A DNA stretch of 64,000 nt. Origin: Marispirochaeta sp. (lineage in GTDB: Bacteria > Spirochaetota > Spirochaetia > JC444 > Marispirochaetaceae). The stretch is taken from assembly GCA_963676835.2 (NCBI GenBank), contig CAXXFF010000002.1:160001-224000 (forward strand), read 5' to 3'. Below are positions 21,340 to 31,859 of this stretch, in pieces (positions within the stretch are counted from its first letter, which is position 1; each line of letters starts with the position of its first letter). The translations under genes and the position numbers were made by a program. The notes under the pieces were generated by a model that did not search any database, was not told the origin of the DNA, and was given only the letters and a program-made list of their open reading frames with translations.

Positions 21340-22455
21340 TTAAACAACAGGATCCAGGAAGTTGAAAGCGTAGGAGGTGCCGTTATCCCGTTCAAGTATG
21401 GTCTCAGCCTCTATCTGTGCTCCAAGAATGGAAATCAGCTGAAGCCCCAGGGTAACAACCCTGGAAGGATCAATATTTTCCGGTAAACCGATACCGTCAT
21501 CTCCCAGAAAAAGAGCAACACTGTCACCATCCCGGGAAAGTGAAATGGTAATAGTACCGGAGGAACGGCCGACAAACGCGAACTTCAGGGAGTTGGTAAG
21601 AATCTCATTGACGATTAATCCGCAGGGGACGGCCTTGTCGATGGTAATAAGCACCTTATCGATATTCATGGTAAAAACGACATTGCATCCATCCCCGTAC
21701 TGATGCTGAAGCTCGTCAGCCATGGTTATAATAAAATCCCCCAGATCAACCTGGCTGAAATTTTCCGAGTTATACAGCTTTTCATGAATCAGCGCCATGG
21801 TCCGTACCCGGTCCCGGGAATCCTTGAACATCTGAAGGGCTTCGGGATTCTCTATATGGGGCAGCTGCATGCTTAGCAGGCTGGTAATAACCTGAAGATT
21901 ATTCTTTACCCTGTGGTGAATCTCTTTTATCAGAACCTCTTTTTCCCGCAGGGCTTCTTCTATTCTGCGGGTATGCTGCTCAATAATCCTCAAATCCCGG
22001 TAGGAGCGCAGAGAAGTTGTAATTGCAGCAAAGAGTTTCTGGTCTGTCAGTTCTGTTTTTTCTTTGTAGTCGTTTATATCAAAATCCCGGATAACCCGCA
22101 TCTGCGGAGCCTGCCCGGGCTGACCGGTTCTCAAGATGATCCGGAGAAACTGATTCCCCAGCTCATTCCGAATGCCCTCCACAACCTTGAGACCGGTATC
22201 CTCCTCCTCCATGACCACATCGAGAAGAAGAACTGCAGTATCAGGATTATTCCGGACCAGTTCCAGTGTTTCCCTGCCATTATAGGCACTCAAAAACTGA
22301 AGAGGCCGCCCTTCAAAGGAGTAGTCACCCAAAGCCAGATGGGTAACCGCATGTACCTCATAATCATCATCGGAAATGATTATTTTCCAGGCCCCTTTCT
22401 TCTGAACTACGTCCTTTGTTGCTTCCTCTGCCTTAAACAACAGATCCAGATCCAC
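21340..22455 (-). CDS. REC + HisKA_2-type histidine kinase
   Basis: REC (LLDVVME), EIHHRVKNNLQ, DDGIG, LGL. Confidence 0.9.
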   Translation of the reverse strand: MDLDLLFKAEEATKDVVQKKGAWKIIISDDDYEVHAVTHLALGDYSFEGRPLQFLSAYNGRETLELVRNNPDTAVLLLDVVMEEEDTGLKVVEGIRNELGNQFLRIILRTGQPGQAPQMRVIRDFDINDYKEKTELTDQKLFAAITTSLRSYRDLRIIEQHTRRIEEALREKEVLIKEIHHRVKNNLQVITSLLSMQLPHIENPEALQMFKDSRDRVRTMALIHEKLYNSENFSQVDLGDFIITMADELQHQYGDGCNVVFTMNIDKVLITIDKAVPCGLIVNEILTNSLKFAFVGRSSGTITISLSRDGDSVALFLGDDGIGLPENIDPSRVVTLGLQLISILGAQIEAETILERDNGTSYAFNFLDPVV

Positions 22456-22457
22456 AC

Positions 22458-22952
22458 CTACTCCTGATAGTACTTTCGGGCATCTTCTTCCATCAGCTCA
22501 ATTATATCCTGGAAGATCTCCCGGTTGCCGTCGTTCATCTCGATAAGCTTGCGGTGAGCCCGGATCATGCTTTCCGCCATCTCCTTTCCCTGAATATCAA
22601 GGGAAGAAATCTCCTCCAGATTTCGCAGGTCTTCGTGCTCTTTGAGGATCAGACAGACTTTGTCAAACCCGACGGAAGCAAGTATATCATTAACATCATC
22701 ATTCTCGGAAAAAATCGTCAGCCGGCTCTTCTTCCTGCGCATGGCCTCCGCGATACGTGCGATAATGCCCAGATTGGTGCTGTCGATATAGGTAACATCA
22801 TTAAGATCAATCAGAACCTGATTAATATCCTCATCAAGCAGGCTGTCGATAAGATGATCCAGGCCAAAGCTTTCGGTAAATTTCAGGTATCCTTTCATTT
22901 TAAAGAAAACCCTTGAGCCGTCACGCCGGTACAGATATCGTCCCTTACTCAT
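22458..22952 (-). CDS. STAS-domain anti-anti-sigma factor (RssC-like, with C-terminal extension)
   Basis: IDLNDVTYIDSTNLG phospho-Ser motif; C-terminal AHRKLIEMN..N...FQD extension. Confidence 0.85.
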   Translation of the reverse strand: MSKGRYLYRRDGSRVFFKMKGYLKFTESFGLDHLIDSLLDEDINQVLIDLNDVTYIDSTNLGIIARIAEAMRRKKSRLTIFSENDDVNDILASVGFDKVCLILKEHEDLRNLEEISSLDIQGKEMAESMIRAHRKLIEMNDGNREIFQDIIELMEEDARKYYQE

Positions 22953-24201
22953 CCTTATTCCACCTGATTTTCAGAAATGTAATATCATCCGGAAGTTCAT
23001 CAATATTCTCCAGACCAAAATGGTCGATCAGCCCTGCTATGGTACGATCCTCAGCCTGCAGTGATGAGCGTAAAATCTCCTTGCGTTCCTTCATTGAAGA
23101 CTCTGAAATGACCTCCAGGATACCATCAGATACAAGCACCATTGAATCCCCCCTGTTAATTGTAAGGGACTCTGCAGGAAAATCAATGCCGCTGAACATT
23201 CCCAGAGGGGAAGCGGTTGTTCCGCAAAACTCAACTTCACCGGAAGGATGCCGCAGCAGGGGCAGCGGATTATGTCCGCAGTTGACATAATTCAGCCTGC
23301 CTGACCGGGTATCCAGAACACCATAGAAAATTGTCAGATACTTGCCGAGATTATCCCGCAGAAGTTCGGAATTAAGAAGTTCTGCAAACCCAGCCGGGTT
23401 GAGAATCAATTCCTCGCCGGAACTGAAATACTGTTCAACCCGGGCATCAACAAGGTTCTTAAGAATAACGGTAACAAATGCGGAAGAGGTACCATGGCCG
23501 GACACATCGGCAAGATAAAAGCCTATGAGGCCGTCCCTGAGCTCAAAATAGTCGACAAAATCTCCGCTTAAATACATGGAAGGCAACAGGTAACGGCTGA
23601 ACTCCACGTTGCCGAACTGCATAATCCGCCGCGGCAGCAGACGGTACTGCATCCGGGCTCCGGCCTCGTGATCTTCCTTGAGGATATTGATAGTCGAGAG
23701 GAGTTTGCGATTAGCCTCCTCAAGCGCAGCTGTTCTCTGGGCAACGATGGATTCAAGATCCTCATTCACAGATCGGATATAAACCAGGTCTTTATAAGCA
23801 CGTATGGCAGCCACCACGGAAGTAATCAGCTTGCGGGAATCCAGTTCAGTTTTTTCACGGTAATCATTTATGTCATACTCAAGAATTACCGACTCTTCCG
23901 GAGCAAGTCCTGCCTGACCTGTCCGGAGCATAATACGCACGTCAGGATTATTCAGCTCCCTGCGGATACGCTGAACAAGCAGCAGCCCGGCATTTTCAGT
24001 CTCCATAACTACATCCAGGAGAATCAGGGCGATATCATTACGGTCCTTTAATATTGCCGCGGCTTCTTCGCCGGAGTAGGCATTCAGAAAAGCGACTTTT
24101 TTCCCGTTGACTTCAAGATCCTCCAGGACCATCTCGGTAACTACATGAACTTCCCGATCGTCATCGACAACAAGGATATTCCAGATTCCGGAATCGGCCA
24201 T
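22945..24201 (-). CDS. REC-coiled coil-PP2C (SpoIIE) regulator, RssB/RsbU-like
   Basis: REC; LSGDFVDYF, LADVSGHG, SDG, DDIT. Confidence 0.9.
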   Translation of the reverse strand: MADSGIWNILVVDDDREVHVVTEMVLEDLEVNGKKVAFLNAYSGEEAAAILKDRNDIALILLDVVMETENAGLLLVQRIRRELNNPDVRIMLRTGQAGLAPEESVILEYDINDYREKTELDSRKLITSVVAAIRAYKDLVYIRSVNEDLESIVAQRTAALEEANRKLLSTINILKEDHEAGARMQYRLLPRRIMQFGNVEFSRYLLPSMYLSGDFVDYFELRDGLIGFYLADVSGHGTSSAFVTVILKNLVDARVEQYFSSGEELILNPAGFAELLNSELLRDNLGKYLTIFYGVLDTRSGRLNYVNCGHNPLPLLRHPSGEVEFCGTTASPLGMFSGIDFPAESLTINRGDSMVLVSDGILEVISESSMKERKEILRSSLQAEDRTIAGLIDHFGLENIDELPDDITFLKIRWNKDE

Positions 24202-25772
24202 CAGGGAACCTCCTGTAAAAGGGAACCGGAATTTCCGGCAAGCGACTTTTTTACAATCTTCAGCAGTTTATCCATGGTAAAGGGTTTCTGAAGAAATCCC
24301 GCAGCGCCCTCGTTTCGGGCCTCAGTAAGATGCTCATGTTCCGAATACCCGGAAGAAATTATAACATTCACATCCGGATCAAGCTTTTTCAGCTGGCGAA
24401 AGACATCAAGTCCCGATTCTTCATAGAGATTGAGATCAAGGATGACAAGGCTGACCTCTCCGGTAAACTTCTGATACCGTTCAACAGCCTCCTTTCCTGC
24501 GGCGGTATACAGGACAGTATAGCCCTGACGTTCCAGCATCTGCCCGGTAACCCGCCGCATAAGGTCCTCGTCATCGCAGATGAGTACCGTGCCACCTATG
24601 TCGGGATCCTTCTTCTCTCGTCCCTTTAATGTTGCGGAATCAATACCTGTTCCCACCGGTACCGGAAAAAGGATCCTCACCTCAGTACCCTTTCCAGGGG
24701 TACTTTCAAGCTCAACCGTACCGTTATGCCGGGAGGCAATTGAGTAAACCATGGCGAGATTCATTCCCTGCTTCGAAACATCGGACTTGCCTGAAAAAAC
24801 CGGATCGAAGATCTGGCGCTGGATCTCTCCGGGGATTCCAACGCCGGAATCCGCCACAGAAATTTCCCATACGGGCCGATCAACTTCAGAAGTTCGGTAT
24901 TTTAATCCAAGGCTCATGGTACCACCGGGAAACTCATCCGCACTTCTGAGGCTGGTCATTGAAAGATATGCATTGCTGCAGAGATTCAGCACCATCTGCT
25001 CAAACTCAATGGGATCGCCGGATACCGGAGCCTCTTCCGGCTCCACCGTAACGGATATTTCAACTGAGTCCGAGTAAGACTGTCTGCATATATCACCGGC
25101 ATGCTTCACCAGCGAACAGAGGTCAACAGTAAGTCCGCTCTCAGAATGTCCGGAGGAAAAGGCTTTCAACTGCTTTACCATGGCTTCCGCCTTCACCATG
25201 GATTCCCGGATGGTATTCAGGTAGGCAGTATAGTTCTCATTATGCTTATCCGGGGCATCATCCCGTTCGATGTCTATCATTGAAAGAGCACCGGAAATAC
25301 CGCTGATAATATTGTTGAAATCATGAGCAAAGGAGGTAGCCATTGAACCCGCCGCCTCCAGACGCTGAGTCCTGAGAATCTTTTCTTCCAGCTGTTTTTT
25401 CCGGCTGACATCCTCTCCACTGACAAGATAGACCGGCCCGCCCGCTTTCGGGGACAGACCTGTAGCATACAAAACAAACCGCATCAGAATCCCGTTACGC
25501 AAAGTTATATCCAGGGGAGGGATTGTTCCTGCGGAAGCCGGGAGGTTATTCAGAGCATCTCCCAGAGGAGAAAATTCAGCACCAAGGTCTGAAAATGATC
25601 TGCTTCTTACCGTTGCCGCATCCAGTCCGGTTATCCCGGCGGCGGTGCTGTTCCAGAGTAGTATACTGCCCCCGGAGTCACACAGGGCTATAAAAAAAGG
25701 GAGGGTATTAACAATGGCCGTACAGAACATGCCTTCGTGCCCTGTTTGATGGTATTCCTGAAAATCTGTCAT
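24201..25772 (-). CDS. PAS-containing hybrid histidine kinase with REC
   Basis: AHDFNN H-box, NLCSNA, DSGVGI, C-terminal REC (ILDLNL, KPF). Confidence 0.88.
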   Translation of the reverse strand: MTDFQEYHQTGHEGMFCTAIVNTLPFFIALCDSGGSILLWNSTAAGITGLDAATVRSRSFSDLGAEFSPLGDALNNLPASAGTIPPLDITLRNGILMRFVLYATGLSPKAGGPVYLVSGEDVSRKKQLEEKILRTQRLEAAGSMATSFAHDFNNIISGISGALSMIDIERDDAPDKHNENYTAYLNTIRESMVKAEAMVKQLKAFSSGHSESGLTVDLCSLVKHAGDICRQSYSDSVEISVTVEPEEAPVSGDPIEFEQMVLNLCSNAYLSMTSLRSADEFPGGTMSLGLKYRTSEVDRPVWEISVADSGVGIPGEIQRQIFDPVFSGKSDVSKQGMNLAMVYSIASRHNGTVELESTPGKGTEVRILFPVPVGTGIDSATLKGREKKDPDIGGTVLICDDEDLMRRVTGQMLERQGYTVLYTAAGKEAVERYQKFTGEVSLVILDLNLYEESGLDVFRQLKKLDPDVNVIISSGYSEHEHLTEARNEGAAGFLQKPFTMDKLLKIVKKSLAGNSGSLLQEVP

Positions 25773-25843
25773 TATCGGGTACTCGTAGTATCAACCATAG
25801 TACCCCGCAATGGGGATGTCAACTTTTAAGGGTGGGGATCTTA

Positions 25844-26872
25844 TCAGGGAGCGTAGGTAAAGCTGTCATCGAGAAGTGTAAAATGGCTGGAAAAGCCGCT
25901 GGAAGGATAGAGAACCTTATCCCCGGTAATAACAAGGGCTTCTATCCCGTCAAGACTGTCAATAAGAGAGATTCCCGCTTCCGGGCCGAGAGAAAAAACC
26001 AGAGTGGACAGACCGTCGGCATCCATGGACAGGGAAGCAAGAATGGTGGCAGAGATTACACCATTATCAACGGGAAATCCTGTTTCCGTATCGAGGATAT
26101 GATGATACCGTTTCCCATCCTGAATAAAAAACCGTTCATACGGTCCCGAGGTAACAACAGCCTTATCGGCCACCGCAAGGACTCCCAGATAACTCCCCCG
26201 CATATCCGTGGGATCCTGAACCCCTATACGCCACAGACTGCCGTCGGGCTTGGTACCGCAGGTAAAAACATTACCCCCCAGGTTTATAAGGCCGGATTCC
26301 ACACCGTTTTCCTTCAGAATCGATGCAACCTCATCTGCCGCATAACCCTTGGCTATTCCACCGAGATCAATGGACATACCGGCTTCTTCAAGACGGACCC
26401 TATCTCCCTCGACATGAACTTTCTCATAGCCCATAAGATTTAGGGCCTTCTGAATCTCATCCAGGGGCGGGACCGTTCCCTCTTCATCCTTACCAATACC
26501 CCAGAGGCTGACCAGGGGGCCGATGGTTATATCAAAGCGGCCGTTTCCCAGGGCACTGTAATAGAGCCCCCGTTCCACGACATCCAGGGTGGACGGAGAA
26601 ACAGAGACACCGGGGCCTCCGGCACCGAGGTTGATAAGATGAACCTCACTCTCTTCTCCCGAGTATTTCATGGTTTTATCTATTTCCCACAAACGGGCAA
26701 AGGCTTTATCCAGCACGGAATCCGGTCTGCTGCTGAAAACACTTACAGAACAGGTTGTGCCGAGCAGATTGATCTCCGTACGACTTCCTTCCCGGGGGGA
26801 GCAGGCAGCAAAGTACGGCAGCACAGACAAAAGAAGTACTGCCGCGGCGATCCTTAAGCCACGCACCTTCAT
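25844..26872 (-). CDS. apbE: FAD:protein FMN transferase (ApbE/Ftp), lipoprotein
   Basis: Start taken at ATG 26872, after the topA stop; lipobox FAAC; FDITIGPL, DLGGIAKGY, TSGPYER, HHILD, ADGLST. Confidence 0.93.
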   Translation of the reverse strand: MKVRGLRIAAAVLLLSVLPYFAACSPREGSRTEINLLGTTCSVSVFSSRPDSVLDKAFARLWEIDKTMKYSGEESEVHLINLGAGGPGVSVSPSTLDVVERGLYYSALGNGRFDITIGPLVSLWGIGKDEEGTVPPLDEIQKALNLMGYEKVHVEGDRVRLEEAGMSIDLGGIAKGYAADEVASILKENGVESGLINLGGNVFTCGTKPDGSLWRIGVQDPTDMRGSYLGVLAVADKAVVTSGPYERFFIQDGKRYHHILDTETGFPVDNGVISATILASLSMDADGLSTLVFSLGPEAGISLIDSLDGIEALVITGDKVLYPSSGFSSHFTLLDDSFTYAP

Positions 26873-26876
26873 GCTG

Positions 26877-29594
26877 TCAGCTTTTACCTTTTGCTGCTGT
26901 TTTTCCGCTTGAAGCTTTTGAAGCACCGGCTTTGGATTTTGCGGTGCTTTTTTTCCTGGGCTCTTTGCTCTGGATATTCCAGCTGCCACCCTCGTAATAG
27001 GCCTTCCAGCCGGTGGCTTTTCCCTCTTTTTCGGTCATGACATACTGAACCTTTTCCTTCCTGCTGTAGCGGATAACGGCTTTGTTTCCGGCCTCATCCT
27101 CTACAGGGGCGGAAAAGAGGAAACTGTATTTCGGGTCGATTTCCTCTTTATGGGGAAGGATTTCCTCAACCAGAGGTGCCCGGGTTTCCCGGTTCTTGGG
27201 AAACTGACTTGCCGCAAGAAACAGGCCGGAGGCACCGTCTCTAAGCAGATAGTGGTCTTCCACCTTCTCACATTTAAGCTCCGGCATGGGAACAGGATCC
27301 ATCTTGGGCGGAGCAGGTTCTCCGTTACGCAGCAGCTTGCGGGTGTTACCGCATTCGCTGTTGGTACAGGCGAAAAACTTGCCAAACCGGCCGGTTTTCA
27401 GCTGCATTTCACTGCCGCATTTATCACATTCAAGAACAGGTCCGTCATAACCCTTTATCTTGAACTTCCCTTCTTCTATCTCGAACCCGGGGCAGTCGGG
27501 ATTGTTCCCGCAGATATGCAGCTTGCGGCTTTCATCGATAAGATAGGAATCCATGGCAGTAGAGCAGAGTGGACAGCGGTGACGCCGGGAAAGCAGCCGG
27601 GCTTCCTCTTCATCATCGGTATCCGCATGGATAACCTCATCACCATGGATAAGATTGATTGTCTGCTTACACCTTTCTTTGGGCGGCAGGTTATAGCCGG
27701 AACAGCCCAGGAACACACCGGTTCCACCGGTTCTGATCTGCATGGTGCGGCCGCAGGCAGGACAGGGGATATTGGTATCTGTTGGAGAATTGGGGCGCAT
27801 GCCGTCACCTTCGTCGTAGGCATGAGCCAGCTTGTCGCTGAATCCCTCATAGAAGGTATCAAGAACAGATTTCCAGTTTTTATCTCCTGAAGCAATCTCA
27901 TCCAGGGTCTCTTCCATGGCGGCGGTAAAGTTATAATCCAATAGATCGGAAAAATTCTCCACCAGACGGTCGGTAACAATATCGCCGATTTTCTGGGCGT
28001 AAAACCTGCGGTTTTCCAGCTTTACATAACCCCGCTCCTGGATGGTGGAGATGATGGCAGCGTAGGTGGAAGGACGGCCGATTCCCCGCTTCTCCAGCTC
28101 CTTAACCAGGCTGGCCTCGGTGTAGCGGGGAGCAGGCTTGGTAAAGTGCTGAGAGGGATCCAGCTTATTCAGGTTCAGAGTCTCCCCTTCCTTGATATCC
28201 GGAAGCACAACATCCTCGTCACTCTTTCCCTGGGCGGGGAGAACCTTCAGATAGCCCTCGAACTGAATAACCCGGCCTTTGGTGCGCAGCTCAAAATCAC
28301 CTGCGGTGACAGTAAGACTGGAACTGAGATACCTGGCGGGAGTCATCTGACAGGCTACAAAACGCTGCCAGATAAGTTCATAAAGCCGCACCCCGTCGGG
28401 GTCTATACCTTCTAGATGACCTTTGCGTATGTTTACATCAGAAGGCCGGATAGCCTCATGGGCCTCCTGGGCCTGCTCTCCTGAAGCATAAACATTAGGG
28501 GATTCCGGCATAAAATCGCTGCCGTATTTTTCTCCGATAAACTGCCGACAGCTTTCCACCGCTTCCCTGCTGAGGGCGGTTGAGTCGGTACGCATGTAGG
28601 TAATGTATCCTGCCTCATACAGACGCTGTGCCAGCATCATGGTCTTCTTGACGGAAAATCCAAGACGGGTACTTGCCGCCTGCTGCAGGGTGGATGTAAT
28701 AAACGGAGCTTTAGGCTTCGAGGACGTGGGCTTATCCTGACGGGCGGACACCCGGTATTCCGCCTTCTCAAGCAGCGAAAGGGCATTGTCAGTCTCAGTT
28801 TTGCTTTCGGGCCGGAAGTTTTTTCCATCCTGCCGGACAACCTGAAAGCGGACATCCTCTTTCTCATTCTGCCGGTTGAGGTCAGCATACACTTCCCAGT
28901 ACTCTTCAGGGTTGAATTTGCGGATTTCCCGTTCCCGTTCAACCACAAGCCTCACGGCCACAGACTGAACCCGTCCAGCAGAAAGTCCCCGGGCAACCTT
29001 GGCCCAGAGCAGAGGAGAAACCATAAAACCCACAACTCTGTCGAGAAAACGGCGGGTCTGCTGGGCCTCCACCCGGGAGGTATCAACAACACCCGGATCG
29101 GAAAAAGCTTCTTTTATAGCGCTCTTGGTAATCTCGTTAAAAACAACCCGTTTGAAGCGGTCTTCGTCGGTACCGAGGGCCTTCATGAGGTGCCATGCAA
29201 TAGCTTCTCCCTCACGGTCAAGGTCAGTTGCCAGGTAAATGGTTTCGGCTTTCTCCGCCTGGGCCTGCAGATCATGCAGAACCTTCTCTTTGCCCGGAAG
29301 AATCTCATAGCGGGCGGACCAGCCGTTGTCGGGATCAATTCCCATACGGTTGACCATCTGCTCCCTGGCCCGTGCCTTCCGGTGGGCTTCCTTTTCTTCA
29401 GGGGACATTTTCCGGGTTTTAGCAGCAGCCCTGGCCCTCTCTTTGGGATCAACAACCTTTCCGCCGTTTTTTCCGGAAACAGGCAGGTCCCGAATATGAC
29501 CTACCGAAGATTTCACAATGAAATCCTTTCCGAGATATTTGTTTATTGTCTTTGCTTTGGCAGGGGACTCGACGATCACCAGTGATTTAGCCAT
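26877..29594 (-). CDS. topA: DNA topoisomerase I (type IA)
   Basis: [35 protein letters not shown] catalytic Tyr, C-terminal Zn ribbons. Confidence 0.97.
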   Translation of the reverse strand: MAKSLVIVESPAKAKTINKYLGKDFIVKSSVGHIRDLPVSGKNGGKVVDPKERARAAAKTRKMSPEEKEAHRKARAREQMVNRMGIDPDNGWSARYEILPGKEKVLHDLQAQAEKAETIYLATDLDREGEAIAWHLMKALGTDEDRFKRVVFNEITKSAIKEAFSDPGVVDTSRVEAQQTRRFLDRVVGFMVSPLLWAKVARGLSAGRVQSVAVRLVVEREREIRKFNPEEYWEVYADLNRQNEKEDVRFQVVRQDGKNFRPESKTETDNALSLLEKAEYRVSARQDKPTSSKPKAPFITSTLQQAASTRLGFSVKKTMMLAQRLYEAGYITYMRTDSTALSREAVESCRQFIGEKYGSDFMPESPNVYASGEQAQEAHEAIRPSDVNIRKGHLEGIDPDGVRLYELIWQRFVACQMTPARYLSSSLTVTAGDFELRTKGRVIQFEGYLKVLPAQGKSDEDVVLPDIKEGETLNLNKLDPSQHFTKPAPRYTEASLVKELEKRGIGRPSTYAAIISTIQERGYVKLENRRFYAQKIGDIVTDRLVENFSDLLDYNFTAAMEETLDEIASGDKNWKSVLDTFYEGFSDKLAHAYDEGDGMRPNSPTDTNIPCPACGRTMQIRTGGTGVFLGCSGYNLPPKERCKQTINLIHGDEVIHADTDDEEEARLLSRRHRCPLCSTAMDSYLIDESRKLHICGNNPDCPGFEIEEGKFKIKGYDGPVLECDKCGSEMQLKTGRFGKFFACTNSECGNTRKLLRNGEPAPPKMDPVPMPELKCEKVEDHYLLRDGASGLFLAASQFPKNRETRAPLVEEILPHKEEIDPKYSFLFSAPVEDEAGNKAVIRYSRKEKVQYVMTEKEGKATGWKAYYEGGSWNIQSKEPRKKSTAKSKAGASKASSGKTAAKGKS

Positions 29595-29738
29595 AAATAC
29601 CCGTTTCCCTTACGTCTCAAATACGTTTCAATTAAAAAAATGGTAACGGTTTCTATGATCGTAAGAATATTCTTACAATGTCAAGGGAAAAATTCAGCAA
29701 AAAGCAGGGATAGCTGGGTAAAAAGGTGCGAGAACCCC

Positions 29739-31307
29739 TTAGCGGACTATGTTCCTGCTTTCATCGCTGCGTCGTGAGGGGTAGGGATTCACCTTGTCGA
29801 AGCGGTATCCCCGGGCATAATAATCACCGGCGGGATTGATTACCCGCACTTCGAAGTGCAGATGCGGCCCGGTGGAGGCTCCGGTGGAGCCGATATCTCC
29901 CAGCTTGCGGTTGGCAGCAATATGCTGCCCCACCAGCACAGAGGGCCGTCCTTTAAGGTGGGCATAAAATGTTGTCCAGCCGGTGGCATCGGGATACCTG
30001 GCCACTATTTCGTCGGTCAATTCATGCCGGACTTCCACAGTCCAGCCGTATCTCTCATCATACTTTACGGTCTTTACTTCACCATCAGCTACGGAAACTA
30101 CATCTCCTGCGGGGTTTCCATCCCGGATAATCTCACCGGCATAATTGATAAGACTGATATTGGCTACATTCATAATATCGATGGCATAGTGAGGCTGAAC
30201 ACCGCCGGATCCAAGGGGATCGACCCGTTTATCCATAAAACTGGAGGTTATACGGAATCCCCGGCCGTCATTCTCCTTGCCGGTAATTTTGACAGGATAG
30301 ACCATACTGTCGAACACCGGTTTATAGAGAGAGAAAGGCGTTATCTTTTCCTGGCTGGTAGCCAGCAGAATACGGGCCTGATATTCTTCGCTGGGCAGCT
30401 TGGACATCTCATAAATGATCTCTCCATAACTGGCAGCTTCCAGAATATTGGCGGCGATAAGCTTGTAGGACTCTTTTCTGGCCGGAAGCCGGTAAGTCAG
30501 CTCCTCTGCAAGACGAAGAACATTGATATAGGCCTGCTTGCGGCTGAATTCAAAATCACGCTCCGTGTTGGCCAGTGAATCCTTGAGAATCCGCAGATCG
30601 AAATCGGCATCGGAGATAAACTGCTGAATATCCTGAAACTGCTCCTCGGACTGATTCTGATACCGGGTAATGGTATTATCTATCTCTTTTTTAACCCTGG
30701 TGAGGGACGTCAGCCGAACAGAAGAGAAGAGAGTCAGACCGACAAGCAGAAGTATCCCTGCCGCAAAGGTAGAGTATGCGAGCAGATGGGTTCTGTGGGA
30801 ACGGACAAGGGTACGGAAGACCGATTCACCACCCTCAAGATCTACCTCAAGCTCCTTACCGGAAGCCCCTATCTCTTCGGTATAATAAAATCTTGACGGA
30901 GATATACCCTTGTACAGGGCATCAAGTTTCAGATCCAGGTCATACAGTTCCGGAAGGAGATCCTGAAGAAAGATCTGCTTTCCGTTCCGTTCCACATTGG
31001 CAGCTTCCCAGATTCCGTGGCGGTGGAAAGTCCAGGTACGGAACATCCGTCCTACCCCTTCCAGATTCTTTACCATCTCCTGAAACAGGAGGGTCTGGTC
31101 ATCGAGACGGGACACAACTACAAAATAGCTCCCTCTGTCGCCTCTGGAAATCCTGCAGGGTACAGCAGGAGAGGTATATGAGGTGCCGAAACCGAGGCGT
31201 CGCATGGAAAACTCAATTACCCGTGCGACTAATGCATTTCTGGTTGCCTGTTTATCCTTCTTCATCAATTCCAACCGCCGCAACCGGCGTCCTTCCCTTA
31301 AAAACAA
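29739..31307 (-). CDS. Membrane-anchored coiled-coil M23 metallopeptidase
   Basis: TM segment, coiled coil, HYAID, YAHL, STGPHLHFE; the start may instead be ATG 31265. Confidence 0.82.
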   Translation of the reverse strand: MFLREGRRLRRLELMKKDKQATRNALVARVIEFSMRRLGFGTSYTSPAVPCRISRGDRGSYFVVVSRLDDQTLLFQEMVKNLEGVGRMFRTWTFHRHGIWEAANVERNGKQIFLQDLLPELYDLDLKLDALYKGISPSRFYYTEEIGASGKELEVDLEGGESVFRTLVRSHRTHLLAYSTFAAGILLLVGLTLFSSVRLTSLTRVKKEIDNTITRYQNQSEEQFQDIQQFISDADFDLRILKDSLANTERDFEFSRKQAYINVLRLAEELTYRLPARKESYKLIAANILEAASYGEIIYEMSKLPSEEYQARILLATSQEKITPFSLYKPVFDSMVYPVKITGKENDGRGFRITSSFMDKRVDPLGSGGVQPHYAIDIMNVANISLINYAGEIIRDGNPAGDVVSVADGEVKTVKYDERYGWTVEVRHELTDEIVARYPDATGWTTFYAHLKGRPSVLVGQHIAANRKLGDIGSTGASTGPHLHFEVRVINPAGDYYARGYRFDKVNPYPSRRSDESRNIVR

Positions 31308-31514
31308 GAGCTCCTGATGCGTTTTTTACCTTCGGGTAGTACTAAGTATGTTCTCTTTGAATGGTAGGCATAATACGGCAATGATGCAAATATTTCAAGA
31401 CAGCAACCCGCCCCCTCCATGCGGGACAGCATATAAAAGCCTGAACTATTGTACAGGGCAGGAATCTCGGGTAGTTTTTAGATATCCAGCAGAATCAGCA
31501 AAAAAGGAGCTGAA

Positions 31515-31859
31515 ATGATCGTTAAACCAGAAGATATGGAAGTTCAGAAAATTGAAGCCATGCGGGGCGGTCCCGGAACCGTGGAGATCCGCCACCTTAT
31601 CCCTTCAGACAAGGTTCCCCATGGACGCATGATGGCCTACGTAACCCTGCCGGTGGGCGCCGGAATCGGTCAGCATGAACACATAGACGAGACCGAATTC
31701 TATATTATCGCCGAGGGCGAGGGAACCGTGGAAGATAACGGCACCCCCGTATCGGTAAAAGCCGGCGATGTAGTTGTAACCCCCAATGGGAACAGCCACA
31801 ACATTACCAATACCGGTTCTATTCCTCTTGTAATGTACGCAGTGATTCTTTTCGATTAG
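31515..31859 (+). CDS. Cupin domain protein
   Basis: HEH..ETEFY, G.SH.I.N cupin motifs; AGGAG RBS. Confidence 0.88.
   Translation: MIVKPEDMEVQKIEAMRGGPGTVEIRHLIPSDKVPHGRMMAYVTLPVGAGIGQHEHIDETEFYIIAEGEGTVEDNGTPVSVKAGDVVVTPNGNSHNITNTGSIPLVMYAVILFD

Noticed and set aside
26873..26989. N-terminal extensions in the ORF track for apbE (also 20565, 34336, 34358, 53334, 56822, 57051, 60966)
   Set aside because: They overlap neighbouring genes or precede better starts that have an RBS or signal peptide; trimmed starts were used
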